From: an uncultured Chloroflexia bacterium
GTDB taxonomy: Bacteria; Chloroflexota; Anaerolineae; Anaerolineales; UBA4823
Direction: 5' to 3'
Length of the DNA stretch: 64,000 bases
Assembly (NCBI GenBank): GCA_963828845.1
Contig: CAWHGE010000016.1
Coordinates: forward strand, 12,302 to 76,301
Position numbers and translations under genes: made by a program
Part shown: positions 43,846 to 53,958 of the stretch, one piece after another
Layout: each line of letters starts with the position of its first letter
Numbering within the stretch: the stretch's first letter is position 1
Notes under the pieces: generated by a model
Database searches by the model: none
What the model was told of the DNA's origin: nothing
The model's input: the letters and a program-made list of their open reading frames with translations, nothing else

Positions 43846-44493
43846 TTATCTTAATTTCAATCCGTACACCCGATTTTCCACTTCAAATCCCATTATCTTG
43901 GTCCAGAATCGGTTGGGGCGGTTATCAAGCAATTGAAAGCCGGTATTTTTATATAAATGGCAGGCTGCGACGTTATGGCTGGTGGTACGCAAATGCACAC
44001 CATTCACCCTCAATTGGCGGAGCTGCTCAAAGTAGGCATCGATAAGCCTCCTTCCCACCCCCATCCCACGATAACCCTGCTTGATATCAATTTGCAGATG
44101 AGCTGGGTATATATTCAGGTCCACTTTAGGCTCCTCCCCTCTGATCAGGCCCACCAACATGCCCCAAGCAAAGCTAGCAGTACACCGTCCAAGCCTGTAT
44201 TTACCGGAAATCGCTCTCACCAATACCTTGGTGAGGATATAATTCCGCCATCCCTTTGTTTGTCGAGAGGTATCAGTACAGCCCAATAAAAAACCGATCA
44301 CATCCTGTGAAGAGGCAGCTACCCAAACAAAAGGAGTTTCGAAATCTATGTAATAGCGGGTAAATGCATCATTATAAAGGCGGCGATCTTCCAGGAAAGC
44401 CTCGACCGGTTCTCCGAAAAATGCCGTATCAGCTGATATTTCGAAGACCACAATCTGGTCCGAAGGTTGGTAATGTCTGATGGTTATGTCCAT
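43846..44493 (-). CDS. GNAT-family N-acetyltransferase
   Basis: The acetyl-CoA motif is QGYRGMGVGRRLIDAY, with NVAACHLYKNTGF downstream. The start was chosen at MDITIRHY; the track ORF extends to 44628 and would overlap the divergent gene. Confidence 0.75.
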   Translation of the reverse strand: MDITIRHYQPSDQIVVFEISADTAFFGEPVEAFLEDRRLYNDAFTRYYIDFETPFVWVAASSQDVIGFLLGCTDTSRQTKGWRNYILTKVLVRAISGKYRLGRCTASFAWGMLVGLIRGEEPKVDLNIYPAHLQIDIKQGYRGMGVGRRLIDAYFEQLRQLRVNGVHLRTTSHNVAACHLYKNTGFQLLDNRPNRFWTKIMGFEVENRVYGLKLR

Positions 44494-44580
44494 TGTATAC
44501 TGAACGAGTTTACCATAGGGAGCAAGGCTGCGAACAAGATACTTTAAGCACGATAAAATAGCTACCATAGAGGTAATCAT

Positions 44581-45060
44581 ATGGAAATTACATTTTCTCC
44601 AATTGGCACTATCCATAGCCCGTTTCAAAAGTTAATCAGTATGCCCATCCAACCATCAAGTGAATCATCCGCTCCAGGTACAGTTGATCTGCTTCCGGAA
44701 TTTACCCCTGGGCTCAAAGATCTGCAAGGCTTTTCACACATTATATTGATCTATCACCTGCACCAATCTCATCGATATACACTTACCATTACTCCATTCC
44801 TGGATACTGCACAGCATGGTGTGTTTGCCACGCGTGCACCTAACCGTCCCAACCCTATTGGCCTTTCGGTGGTACCGTTGATCAGAATCGATGACAATAT
44901 CATCTATGTGGATAAACTGGACGTCCTGGATGGCACACCTTTATTGGATATAAAGCCTTATGTGCCAGAGTTTGATTCACCCCAGAAATTTCGTCTGGGC
45001 TGGCTGGAAGGAGTTAAGCACAAGGTTCGCAACACTCGCTCGGATGATCGTTTTGGTTAG
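44581..45060 (+). CDS. tsaA: TsaA/YaeB (TrmO)-family SAM-dependent tRNA methyltransferase-like protein
   Basis: The sequence has IGTIHSPF, GFSHIILIYHLH, GVFATRAPNRPNPIGLSVV and LDGTPLLDIKPY, the characteristic UPF0066 signature. Confidence 0.8.
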   Translation: MEITFSPIGTIHSPFQKLISMPIQPSSESSAPGTVDLLPEFTPGLKDLQGFSHIILIYHLHQSHRYTLTITPFLDTAQHGVFATRAPNRPNPIGLSVVPLIRIDDNIIYVDKLDVLDGTPLLDIKPYVPEFDSPQKFRLGWLEGVKHKVRNTRSDDRFG

Positions 45061-45323
45061 AAGTATCAAACAAATAACCAGGATGGACATGAAGGATACA
45101 ATGTAGGAATAATTAATACAATCAAAAGATGAAATCCTCCTTTATCCACACATCCAATTTGGATGTATCTACTTTACCTTTAGCCGGTATTAATCCAGCC
45201 TGCTCTTTGATTAAATGGATTTACTTAAATAAAATAAGCCGGGTTTCAACCACCCCTCCCGACCTATTTAAATATTTATATGATCAATCCGACTGGTAAT
45301 AACACCAGATCAGTGGAACCCCA

Positions 45324-45680
45324 TCACATGGGATAAGGCTTAAACAAGCCGATCATGTTCCCTTGCGGATCGCGGAATATCCCGAATTTACCTGTTTTGG
45401 GAATCTCCATCTCTGGTGAGATGATGGTACCTCCAGCTTTCTCAATAGCCTTTAGAGAAGCAGTAACATCATCCGTTTCGATATAGATTGTGACAGTCCC
45501 CGCTGGATTTTCCGCAGTGACTGGGTTGAATCCTCCCCCAACCCCGTCACCCGCCTTAAAAGTGGTGTAATTCAGATCATCTATGTGTTCCATTTTCCAG
45601 CCAAACATATCCGCGTAAAACTTGCTCAATGCTTTTCGATCTTTCGCGGACAACTCAACATGCACAATTTTATGTTCCAT
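45324..45680 (-). CDS. VOC/glyoxalase-bleomycin-resistance-fold protein
   Basis: MEHKIVHVEL..FYADMFGW..GGF..GKFGIFRDPQGNMIGL is present. GGAGG precedes the ATG at 45680; the track ORF starts further upstream. Confidence 0.75.
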   Translation of the reverse strand: MEHKIVHVELSAKDRKALSKFYADMFGWKMEHIDDLNYTTFKAGDGVGGGFNPVTAENPAGTVTIYIETDDVTASLKAIEKAGGTIISPEMEIPKTGKFGIFRDPQGNMIGLFKPYPM

Positions 45681-45802
45681 AAATAACCTCCTCTGGAAAT
45701 TAATACTATTTTGGTCTAATATGTGTATTATAAAACTTAAATATTTCTCGGTCAAGATTGGAAAATAAAAAATTTCTCAAGTATATATTTGAGAAAAGCA
45801 GC

Positions 45803-46504
45803 TCATTTAACTCCCCAATGAATGGCCATTGTATCTCCCATAAAGCATCGGTATTTCACTTTCTTGAAACCAACCTTCAACATACAGTCGGCAAGTTCTT
45901 CTGCTTTCATAAAGCGCTGAGTGGATTGGGGTAGATACTCATAAGCTTCGGTGTCTCCAGTAATCAATCCTCCAATCATGGGGATGATGTGAAGCAGATA
46001 TAGCCGTACTGGGAGATGCCAAATATCAGCAGGCGGTGGAGTTGTATCCAAACTCACCACTCGACCTCCCCATTTCATTACTCGGTATTGTTCTGCTAGT
46101 ACTTCTTCGACATTAACTACATTTCGTAACAGGTAGCCTGATATCACTGCATCAAATGATTCTTTGAGGAAAGGCAAATCGAGGGCATCCGCATTAATCC
46201 ATCGAACGGATTCACATCCCCGTCTAGTCAAGCCCTGTAGCATCATTTCGAAGGTAAAATCTAGCCCCACAGCAGATAATTTTTTATCTCGCTTTATAGC
46301 TTCCAGAACCAGGTCACCTGTACCGGTGCCAATGTCCAACAGCTTGCTGCCCACAGTCAGGCGAGCCTGATTGATCACCTCGCGCCGCCATTTTATATCC
46401 TGTCCCCATGTCATCCAACGATTCGCAATATTATAGCGCCTTGCCAGGCGGGTAAATATTCGCCTCACATAATTAGCTCGAGCTTTCCCGGATAATTCTG
46501 CCAT
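45803..46504 (-). CDS. ubiE: demethylmenaquinone/ubiquinone C-methyltransferase (UbiE/MenG family)
   Basis: The sequence has YNIANRWMTWGQDIKWRR, LLDIGTGTGD, SGYLLRNV and YEYLPQSTQRF, typical of UbiE/MenG. Confidence 0.8.
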   Translation of the reverse strand: MAELSGKARANYVRRIFTRLARRYNIANRWMTWGQDIKWRREVINQARLTVGSKLLDIGTGTGDLVLEAIKRDKKLSAVGLDFTFEMMLQGLTRRGCESVRWINADALDLPFLKESFDAVISGYLLRNVVNVEEVLAEQYRVMKWGGRVVSLDTTPPPADIWHLPVRLYLLHIIPMIGGLITGDTEAYEYLPQSTQRFMKAEELADCMLKVGFKKVKYRCFMGDTMAIHWGVK

Positions 46505-46713
46505 TAGATTTTTACATCGTCAGCTATTACTCAAATTCCAATAATTAATGGTTGTCAACCGCTTAATTGGTACGTCATTCCATTCGCCTCGAACCAAGCC
46601 CCCTAATCCTTGCTTAGCTACGATGTAGATGATATCGATAAAACCGAATCCAGGACGAACCATGCCGTTTGTTCGCACATATAATGCTTCACAAGGACCA
46701 GGGTTTCAATAAG

Positions 46714-47444
46714 CTACCTCCAATGCTCGTACACAGAGATATGTTTTACACTATCAGCCGTAAATTGAGATTTCCCCCAATCACTCCAACGCTCCTTGAG
46801 ACGCATCTGACTTAACCGCGCCATAAGGTCCATTTCCACAGGCCAGACATAACGCAGCTTTACCGGGTAAAGGCGCGTCCCAGCTCAGTAAGTACTATGT
46901 GTTGACTGGTGACTATCTGTGCATCGGGTTCTATCTGAGAAACATCTATTTGTACTTCGTTTACCTCAATCCGATTCAGACGTATCGCTTGCCCCCCTGT
47001 GAATCGTTTCAAGTCTGGAACAAAGGCTTCGATAACGAAGACTCCATCTGAAGTCAGATGCCTAGCGACGTTTTGGAAACAGCGAATCTGTTCTTCTTGG
47101 GTAAGTAAAGAATAAAAGGTGTTAAAAACCACATAGATAAGCGTAAATTGTCCTTCGATAGATACCTCCACAAAGTTACCCATCTTAATCGGGATTCTAT
47201 CGCCTCCAGGCTTCGCACGTAGTTTAGCTACCATGGATTCTGAAGCGTCAATCCCATGGACGGATAAGCCGGTTTTCAGTAAGGGTACAGCAATCCGTCC
47301 TGTTCCAATACCAAGCTCAAGCGACCTTTCCCCCTGAGCGAGTTCAGGTAGTGTTTGTATGGCAGATGGGTCGAACTCGGAATACCACTGGTCATAAACA
47401 TCTGCTATCCGTTCTCCATAAGTTTCTTCTGAGTAATCATCCAT
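46714..47444 (-). pseudogene. class I SAM-dependent methyltransferase; one frame change near 46865
   Basis: ORF 46860-47453 has LELGIGTGRIAVPL and SDGVFVIE. The conserved tail LRYVWPVEMDLMARL...HISVYE continues in another frame to the stop at 46714. Confidence 0.75.
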
Positions 47445-47668
47445 GAAACACACTCCTATTTATGTGACTTATGTATTACAACCCACAGATCAATTCTCTG
47501 ATAACTAATGCTCCGTCACTTGGATAACGTATTATCCCAAAGGAGACAATAGTATTATTAATTCTCTATTCCATTATCGCACAAATTCTCGTCAGGAATC
47601 CAATCTTACAACGTTATTTATAGTACAATCCATGACTGGTCGATATCATCTTAATCCCGGAGTGGTTC

Positions 47669-48562
47669 ATGAGTAAAAGTAAAGATTTCCTCGGGCCGAT
47701 GCGCGTCCCATTTTTGATCCTAACCCCTGCGTGCGTGTTGCTGGGTATTGCAACTGCTGTCCGGTCGGGGGCTCAAATAAACCCTGTGCATGTCTTGTTA
47801 GTACTGGCCAGTGCCGTCTGCACCCATATCAGCGTAAATGCACTTAACGAATACGATGACTTCAAGAGCGGTTTGGATGCACGCACTCAGCGCACTCCTT
47901 TCAGTGGTGGCAGCGGCACTTTACCCGCAAATCCTGGGATAGCAAAGATTGCCCTTACCACTGCACTTGTCTCATTATGTATTGTTGCTCTAACGGGTCT
48001 CTACTTCACCTGGCTTCGGGGTTTCGCACTACTACCACTTGGGCTACTCGGTATGTTCGTCATCGTTGCTTATACCCCCTGGCTCACAAGAAATCCACTG
48101 CTTTGTCTGATCGCTCCTGGTCTTGGATTTGGTCCTTTGATGGTTATGGGTACCCATTTTGCCCTCACCGGGCATTATTCCTGGACAGCATTTGCTGCCT
48201 CGCTGGTGCCATTCTTCCTGGTCAGCAACCTGCTCCTACTCAACCAGTTCCCAGATGTGGAAGCGGATAAGACCGTTGGGCGCAGGCATTTTCCCATCCT
48301 GATTGGCCGCCGACTGAGCAGCTTTATCTTCAGCACCTTTTTGCTTCTCACTTATGCTACCATCTTGGTTGGGGTTCTGCTCTCCATCCTACCACCCTGG
48401 AGTTTATTGGGTTTAGCTACCCTATACCTGGCGATACCATTATTGAAAGGCTCAATCACCCATGCAGAGGACATACAAAAGCTCGTCCCCTTCATGGGAA
48501 ATAATGTATTGGTCAACCTGTTGACTCCTGTGCTTGTGGCAGTGGGGCTGTTCATCCACTAG
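47669..48562 (+). CDS. UbiA-family prenyltransferase (MenA-like)
   Basis: 297-aa uninterrupted ORF with about 8-9 TM helices. It has the motif NALNEYDDFKSGLD and a second Asp-rich loop, FPDVEADK. It lies close to the ubiE/menG-like gene. Confidence 0.75.
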   Translation: MSKSKDFLGPMRVPFLILTPACVLLGIATAVRSGAQINPVHVLLVLASAVCTHISVNALNEYDDFKSGLDARTQRTPFSGGSGTLPANPGIAKIALTTALVSLCIVALTGLYFTWLRGFALLPLGLLGMFVIVAYTPWLTRNPLLCLIAPGLGFGPLMVMGTHFALTGHYSWTAFAASLVPFFLVSNLLLLNQFPDVEADKTVGRRHFPILIGRRLSSFIFSTFLLLTYATILVGVLLSILPPWSLLGLATLYLAIPLLKGSITHAEDIQKLVPFMGNNVLVNLLTPVLVAVGLFIH

Positions 48563-49098
48563 CAATAGAAAAGTTAACTTGATTATCAGATTAAACAGAT
48601 TTTCTCAACTGCAAAATCTTGTTATCATGCCTAATGGTAATCTCCAGATTCACCAAATCTAATCTAATTGCGAAACAATACTGCTTACAAGTTAGCTATC
48701 GGGGTAATTTTCGTAGGAGATTAAGAAGGCTGGGATTTTAAAACGAGGGCTGGACAAGTACGGGCGGTGATTATTTTTGATGATATTCCATTGTTTGTGC
48801 TTACACTGGTATTGGCTATCGGATATGGAGCCGATGAAATCTGTTTATGGATGAATGCTGGCTTGACACGCAACTAGAAATTATCAAACTTTCAATCCTA
48901 GGCAGTCAAATTACCATTAAGGACACTACCCGTGTCTTGTGGTAAGACAAATCTGATAGTGGTATCTCCTCGATCAAAACTCCGGTAAATACAACACTTG
49001 CATACTCCCCATGATGCAACCATTCTCTATGATTGTATATATGCCAGTTCGTTTATCGAAGGTACCTAGGGTAATCTTATAATATCAGCCTACTCCTC

Positions 49099-49127
49099 TT
49101 GACACCTCAAAGCCAATGAGTTAATAT
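49099..49127 (+). promoter_or_regulatory. near-consensus sigma-70 promoter upstream of the ABC-F gene
   Basis: TTGACA (49099-49104), a 17-nt spacer, then TAATAT (49122-49127), leaving a leader of about 130 nt. Confidence 0.55.
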
Positions 49128-49266
49128 CGATTGACATAAAAAGGCACAGGTACTCAACTAAAATGACACGGTAAGCAGGTCTCACTGATCTTTTTTTACC
49201 CCCAATCCTAACTTTCTGCTGGGAGGGGATTATTGTTCTTTCATCCAGATCAGAACCGAGTGAAAT

Positions 49267-50939
49267 ATGCTTACCGCACATCTTTTAAGTAAATCCTTCG
49301 AATTACAAACTTTATTTGAAAATGCAACTTTCAGCCTGAACCCGGGTGAGCGCAAGGGTCTCGTGGGTCCTAACGGCTGTGGCAAAACCACATTGATACG
49401 CATCCTGGCAGGCCTTGAACCACCATCGAGTGGGCATGTTAGCCACGATCCGAACCTGCGCATCGGATATCTACCGCAGGGATTTGAGCTTGACCCCTGC
49501 CTGAGTTTGGAAAAAATTATCGACTGGCATACAGGGGATATCTCCAATCTGGAAGTTAAGCTGACCGCTGCTGCTGAGGCTCTGGCAAAGCAGCCTTCTG
49601 ACCAGGAATTACTTGATTTCTATGACGAGCTTCTAACGCGAATACAATCGGCTGAGACGAGACGCACAGAGCACATCCTGGCTGGTTTGGGATTGGATGA
49701 TGTCGACCGCCTCCTGCCAGTGGGAAAGCTAAGTGGAGGACAGCAGACAAGAACTCTCGTTGGCACTAGTACTGCTGGATGATCCACAGTTATTGCTGTT
49801 GGATGAACCCACCAATCATCTGGATATCTCAATGCTTACCTGGCTTGAGGGCTGGCTAACCAGCTCACCACGCGGGGCTCTGATTATCTCACATGACCGG
49901 ACCTTCCTCGATCACACCGTCAGTCACATCCTGGAGATGGACCCACTCAAACATCGTGTGCGGGAATTTTCCGGAAATTATACCGATTATGTAGCCCAAC
50001 GGCAGGCAGAGATCGAACACCAATGGAATGCGTTCAATGATCAACAGGCTGAAATCCAGCGTATGCGCCAGGATATCCTTCGCACAAGAGAGCAAGCAGC
50101 CCACACTGAGCACGAGGCATCTTCTATTCGCATCGGTGGGAGTGATTACAAGGAGCCGGGTGTTAAATCATACCAGGAAAAGGATTGCCAAGAAAGTGGC
50201 CAAGAAGGCGAAATCGCGACAGAAGAAGCTAGATAGATATCTAGACTCGGATGAACGTGTGGAAAAACCAACTTCTCCCTGGCAGATGAAGCTGGAATTT
50301 AACTCAACAGACCACCTCGGCCGCACAGTCATCCGACTGATAGACATGAGCATTGGCTATGATCCCGACCATCCGCTGATAAGTGGGATCAACCAGGAAT
50401 TGCACGCCGGGCAACGCGTAGCTCTCACTGGACCTAATGGCTGTGGTAAGACCACGCTACTACGTACCATCACCCAACAGACACCTACCTTAGCAGGGAG
50501 GGTGCAACTCAGCACCAGTGCTCATATTGGATACCTAACCCAGGACCAATCAGGGCTCGATCTTAACCATAGTCCAGTGGAAATGATGTTGGCTCACTTC
50601 CCCAATGAAACTCAAGCGCGTAGTTTTCTAGCATACTATCTTTTTACAGGTGATGAGCCACTCAAACCGGTCTCTCTGCTCAGTTATGGTCAACGCACCC
50701 GCTTGCTACTTGCCAAACTGGTAGCCGAAGGTTGTAACTGCCTGCTGCTGGACGAGCCAATCAATCACCTGGACATCCCCAGCCGCACTCAATTCGAGCA
50801 AGCTCTCAACCAGTTTGGCGGGGCAGTGTTGGCTGTCGTTCACGACCGATATTTCATTCAAAGATTCGCGGATGAAATTTGGTGGGTAGAAAAAGAGTCC
50901 ATCCGCCGTCTCTCGGAAATCTTGCCATCTGAGTATTGA
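49267..50939 (+). pseudogene. ABC-F family ATPase (two fused ABC cassettes, no TM domain); 2 frame changes
   Basis: The first cassette has GPNGCGKTT, LSGGQQTR and LLLLDEPTNHLD. A Lys/Arg-rich inter-domain linker follows. The second cassette has GPNGCGKTT, LSYGQRTR and LLLDEPINHLD. The pieces lie in ORFs 49267-49782, 49733-50236 and 50028-50939. Confidence 0.85.
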
Positions 50940-50973
50940 TAGTTAACAGCTAGCAGTGAACTATAATTGCTAA

Positions 50974-51663
50974 ATGAAGTTATTATCAATGGACCCAAAT
51001 CGAGCAGCCTGGAACCAGCAGCAGCATCTCTTGCAGAGAGCTTTATCACTCCCGGAACAACACCCGGAGTATATCTCCCTATTTTTAAGCCAGCATGCCC
51101 AAGTTCATGCTTCCAGAATGTCACATACAGCGAAATGGTCGTTCGAAGATGAAGTTCTCAATGAGATGGACGCTCCCTCCCTCCGACGCATTCCACCAAA
51201 GGGTGAGCACTCCATTGCATGGATCGTATGGCACCTCGCCCGCATCGAGGATGTAACTATGAACATCCTGGTAGCTGGAAATGAGCAGCTGCTTGAGCGA
51301 GAGGGTTGGCTCGATAAATTGGGCACTAATATGAAAGATACTGGTAATGCAGCCAATGTTGAAAAAATAACCCGACTCAGTCATATGCTTGACCTTGATA
51401 ACCTGATAGCCTACCGGATTGCTGTTGGGCAACGTACACGCCAAATTGTTAGTCAACTTACCCCAAATGAACTGAGACAGAAGGTCAACCCTGACCGTAT
51501 CCTGCAAGTCCGGTTAACGGGGTCTTTGGTGGCAAGCGCCAGTGATATTTTGGATTATTGGAGTAAGCGAACGGTTGCTGGATTGTTACTCATGCCTCCT
51601 ACCCGTCACTGCTTTCTTCACCTCAATGAAGCTTTGCGAATTAAACACGCTTTAGAAAAATAA
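50974..51663 (+). CDS. DinB-family (DinB_2-like) four-helix-bundle protein
   Basis: 229-aa ORF. IAWIVWHLARIED and His-containing helices are typical of DinB-like proteins. Confidence 0.55.
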   Translation: MKLLSMDPNRAAWNQQQHLLQRALSLPEQHPEYISLFLSQHAQVHASRMSHTAKWSFEDEVLNEMDAPSLRRIPPKGEHSIAWIVWHLARIEDVTMNILVAGNEQLLEREGWLDKLGTNMKDTGNAANVEKITRLSHMLDLDNLIAYRIAVGQRTRQIVSQLTPNELRQKVNPDRILQVRLTGSLVASASDILDYWSKRTVAGLLLMPPTRHCFLHLNEALRIKHALEK

Positions 51664-51720
51664 TTTACTCCTTATATTATTATTTCTATCCATTAATTCG
51701 CCATAATCCAATATAATGCC

Positions 51721-52344
51721 ATGAAAAAGACTTCCGATGATTCCATGAGTGCTATGAACCTAGATTTTCAAGCTATCTATGATAAATTCCAGCCCAGGAT
51801 CATGCGGTTTGTCACCAACATGGTGGGTGACACAGACGCAGAAGACCTGACCCAGGAGATTTTTATCAAGGTTAACCGGGCATTACCTGATTTCCATGGC
51901 GATGCCAGCCTTTCCACCTGGCTGTATCGCATTGCCACCAACGCTGCACTAGACCGGTTGCGCAGCCCGGCATACCGGTTGTCCAATCTGCGCACAGAAC
52001 AAGCGAACCACACGTATAACCCGGAGCTCGAAGTGGATGATCGCAATATCTGGACAGGTGAGAAGGTTCCCGTGGTGGAGTGGCAGGTGGTGCGCAAAGA
52101 AATGAGCGCCTGCCTGCAGGAGTACATCCAAAGGCTGCCGGAGAGCTACCGTATAGTGCTGGCACTCAGTGAGTTTGAGGGGCTGAGCAACCATGAGATG
52201 GCAGACATCCTCCAAGTGACCAAAGGCGCGGTGAAGATCAGGTTGCATCGTGCCCGTGAACGGTTGAAGGCAGACCTGATCGCCAACTGCCCATCGTATT
52301 GGGTGGAGGGGAATGAATTCTTGCCTGACCTAAGAGATTTATAA
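51721..52344 (+). CDS. ECF-type RNA polymerase sigma-70 factor
   Basis: Region 2 reads DAEDLTQEIFIKV..WLYRIATNAALD. Region 4 reads LSEFEGLSNHEMADILQVTKGAVKIRLHRARERL. A short Cys-containing C-terminal tail follows. Confidence 0.85.
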   Translation: MKKTSDDSMSAMNLDFQAIYDKFQPRIMRFVTNMVGDTDAEDLTQEIFIKVNRALPDFHGDASLSTWLYRIATNAALDRLRSPAYRLSNLRTEQANHTYNPELEVDDRNIWTGEKVPVVEWQVVRKEMSACLQEYIQRLPESYRIVLALSEFEGLSNHEMADILQVTKGAVKIRLHRARERLKADLIANCPSYWVEGNEFLPDLRDL

Positions 52345-52509
52345 TAATCAGGAAATGGGGGATGTTGGTAGGGGGTGTATCTTTTTGCATGCCAATCCGT
52401 CTATAGGAGTGTGAAATACATATTGATATTGCTACGCCAGCCAAAGACCGGCTGGACTGCATACACTTGCAGTACGCGATTACCGTAAACACTGAAAGGA
52501 GTAAACCTG

Positions 52510-52764
52510 ATGAAACTTGATGAGCATTATATGCGTCTGATCGCCATTGGTGCCTCGGTTGCCTGCAACTGCCAACCCTGTTTGGAGATTAATCTGAGCC
52601 TGGCGAAGGAATGCGGGGCTGATGAGCCTGAAATTGCTCAAGCTATTTGGGTAGGGAGGATGGTCAGGCGCGGAGCGGCCTCCAAGATAGATGAGTTCAT
52701 CCCGAGCCTAATGCAGCCAGCCCCAATCCCGACAACTGATGCCGATTGTGATTGCGAATCGTAA
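52510..52764 (+). CDS. carboxymuconolactone decarboxylase (AhpD-like) family small protein
   Basis: 84 aa with LIAIGASVACNCQPCLE, the CxxC-containing CMD helix. AAGGAG lies upstream of the ATG. Confidence 0.6.
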   Translation: MKLDEHYMRLIAIGASVACNCQPCLEINLSLAKECGADEPEIAQAIWVGRMVRRGAASKIDEFIPSLMQPAPIPTTDADCDCES

Positions 52765-52779
52765 GATAAAAAATACATA

Positions 52780-53157
52780 ATGGAGGAAAAAATGGACAAT
52801 AAACATGTTTTTGAAAAAAGGCTCTCCCTTATCGGTTGGGGACTGCTGTTGATCTGGTGGGGGCTGCGCTGGTCGGTATTAATCTCACTACCTGAGGGAA
52901 GCGGGTTACTCGGTACCAGCTTGATCTTCCTGGGGGCAAATTTGGCAAGGAAGTCAGCCGGGCTTCCCACCCTCAGGGACAACACCTTTTTCGGAGTGCT
53001 CACCCTGCTGGCTGGTGGAACCTTATTTATATTCGCCATCCTGCACACCCCATTCCAGCCACCCATCTTCGAGACCATCCTAGTAGTGCTGGGTGTGATC
53101 CTGCTGGGGTATGCCATATTCAGTGCAGGCGAGTCTAAATTGAAAGAATCTGGTTGA
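52780..53157 (+). CDS. small polytopic membrane protein, unknown function
   Basis: 125 aa with 3-4 hydrophobic helices, starting 15 bp after the CMD gene. Confidence 0.5.
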   Translation: MEEKMDNKHVFEKRLSLIGWGLLLIWWGLRWSVLISLPEGSGLLGTSLIFLGANLARKSAGLPTLRDNTFFGVLTLLAGGTLFIFAILHTPFQPPIFETILVVLGVILLGYAIFSAGESKLKESG

Positions 53158-53257
53158 ACGCCTAAAGCTATGTACACCTGAAAGGGTGGTCCTATCGCAT
53201 TGTAATTCCAGGCAGGTCAAATCAGGCTTTCATGATCAAGAATTCACAGGTCTCAAG

Positions 53258-53290
53258 ACCTCACAGGTTCGATATACCTGTGAGGTTTTA
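53258..53290 (+). terminator. rho-independent terminator
   Basis: A perfect 11-bp stem acctcacaggt/acctgtgaggt with a 7-nt loop, followed by TTTTA. Confidence 0.7.
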
Positions 53291-53369
53291 AATATTATGG
53301 AGGTAGAACCGTCCTCGAGTAAGACCCACGAAACCACGAATGATGCACGGGAACGGGGTGAATCGTTCG

Positions 53370-53516
53370 GGGATATCGCTCCCAAAAATCGGTCTCCAAC
53401 GCTCATAAAAAACATTCGCGTTGCTGCGGGTAAAGTGCACCCTTGATACTGCGGGCAAAACCGCTTGCTTCGGTACTCGCGCAATTGGTTGCCCTTGAAA
53501 ACGAAAAGGAACGAAT
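53370..53516 (-). repeat. dispersed repeat family R2, right copy (inverted relative to the left copy)
   Basis: See 39985-40179. The stems GGGCAA/TTGCCC, TTGC/GCAA and CAACGC/GCGTTG are present in both copies. Most substitutions lie in the predicted loops. Confidence 0.85.
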
Positions 53517-53848
53517 ACCTTTTGAACATGAGGTGGGGTGACACAGAGGTGACAATGGAGAATGGGGGCGATAATCATCAATAGCGAAGTGGGGTGGAAA
53601 GAGGATGGCTGAAAAACAGATAGGATAACAGATAAGCTGATAGACTCAGAGAGACAGGAGACGGGTAGAGGCATCGTATGATGGTCGGGTATGTGGTTTA
53701 GTAACGGTTGGATTGTTCCAAAAAAAATAGCATTCAATTCTGGGTTAAGAAAGGCACTTTGGCAATAGGTCATCAGGTTGTTAATGAAGATATGAAGATT
53801 TATAGGATTGAAATATTGGCAATATCTTCAGAATGAGTCCATTACTAT

Positions 53849-53958
53849 GTAATTACTCACCGCCTCAGCTCCAATAATTCCTAATTTGTATGCGGAGGAG
53901 GGTCAGAATTATTGCCATAGAGTTCTTGATGAATTGAAAAAAATATTCAAATACGTTC
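53849..53958 (-). repeat. dispersed repeat family R1, right copy (inverted relative to the left copy)
   Basis: See 34881-34989. The conserved hairpin caataattc/gaattattg is at 53872-53914. Differences between the copies cluster in its loop. Confidence 0.85.

Noticed and set aside
45151-45167. 8-1-8 palindrome ACATCCAAtTTGGATGT between the convergent tsaA-like and VOC genes as a regulatory site
   Set aside because: It lies downstream of both genes with no promoter context. There is a single occurrence, and it could be a chance palindrome or a weak bidirectional terminator element. I could not support it further.
39985-53516. R2 copies as template and variable repeats of a diversity-generating retroelement
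   Set aside because: Mismatches between the copies are not confined to adenine positions and the copies differ by indels. Neither copy lies at the 3' end of a target ORF, and no reverse transcriptase gene is in the window.
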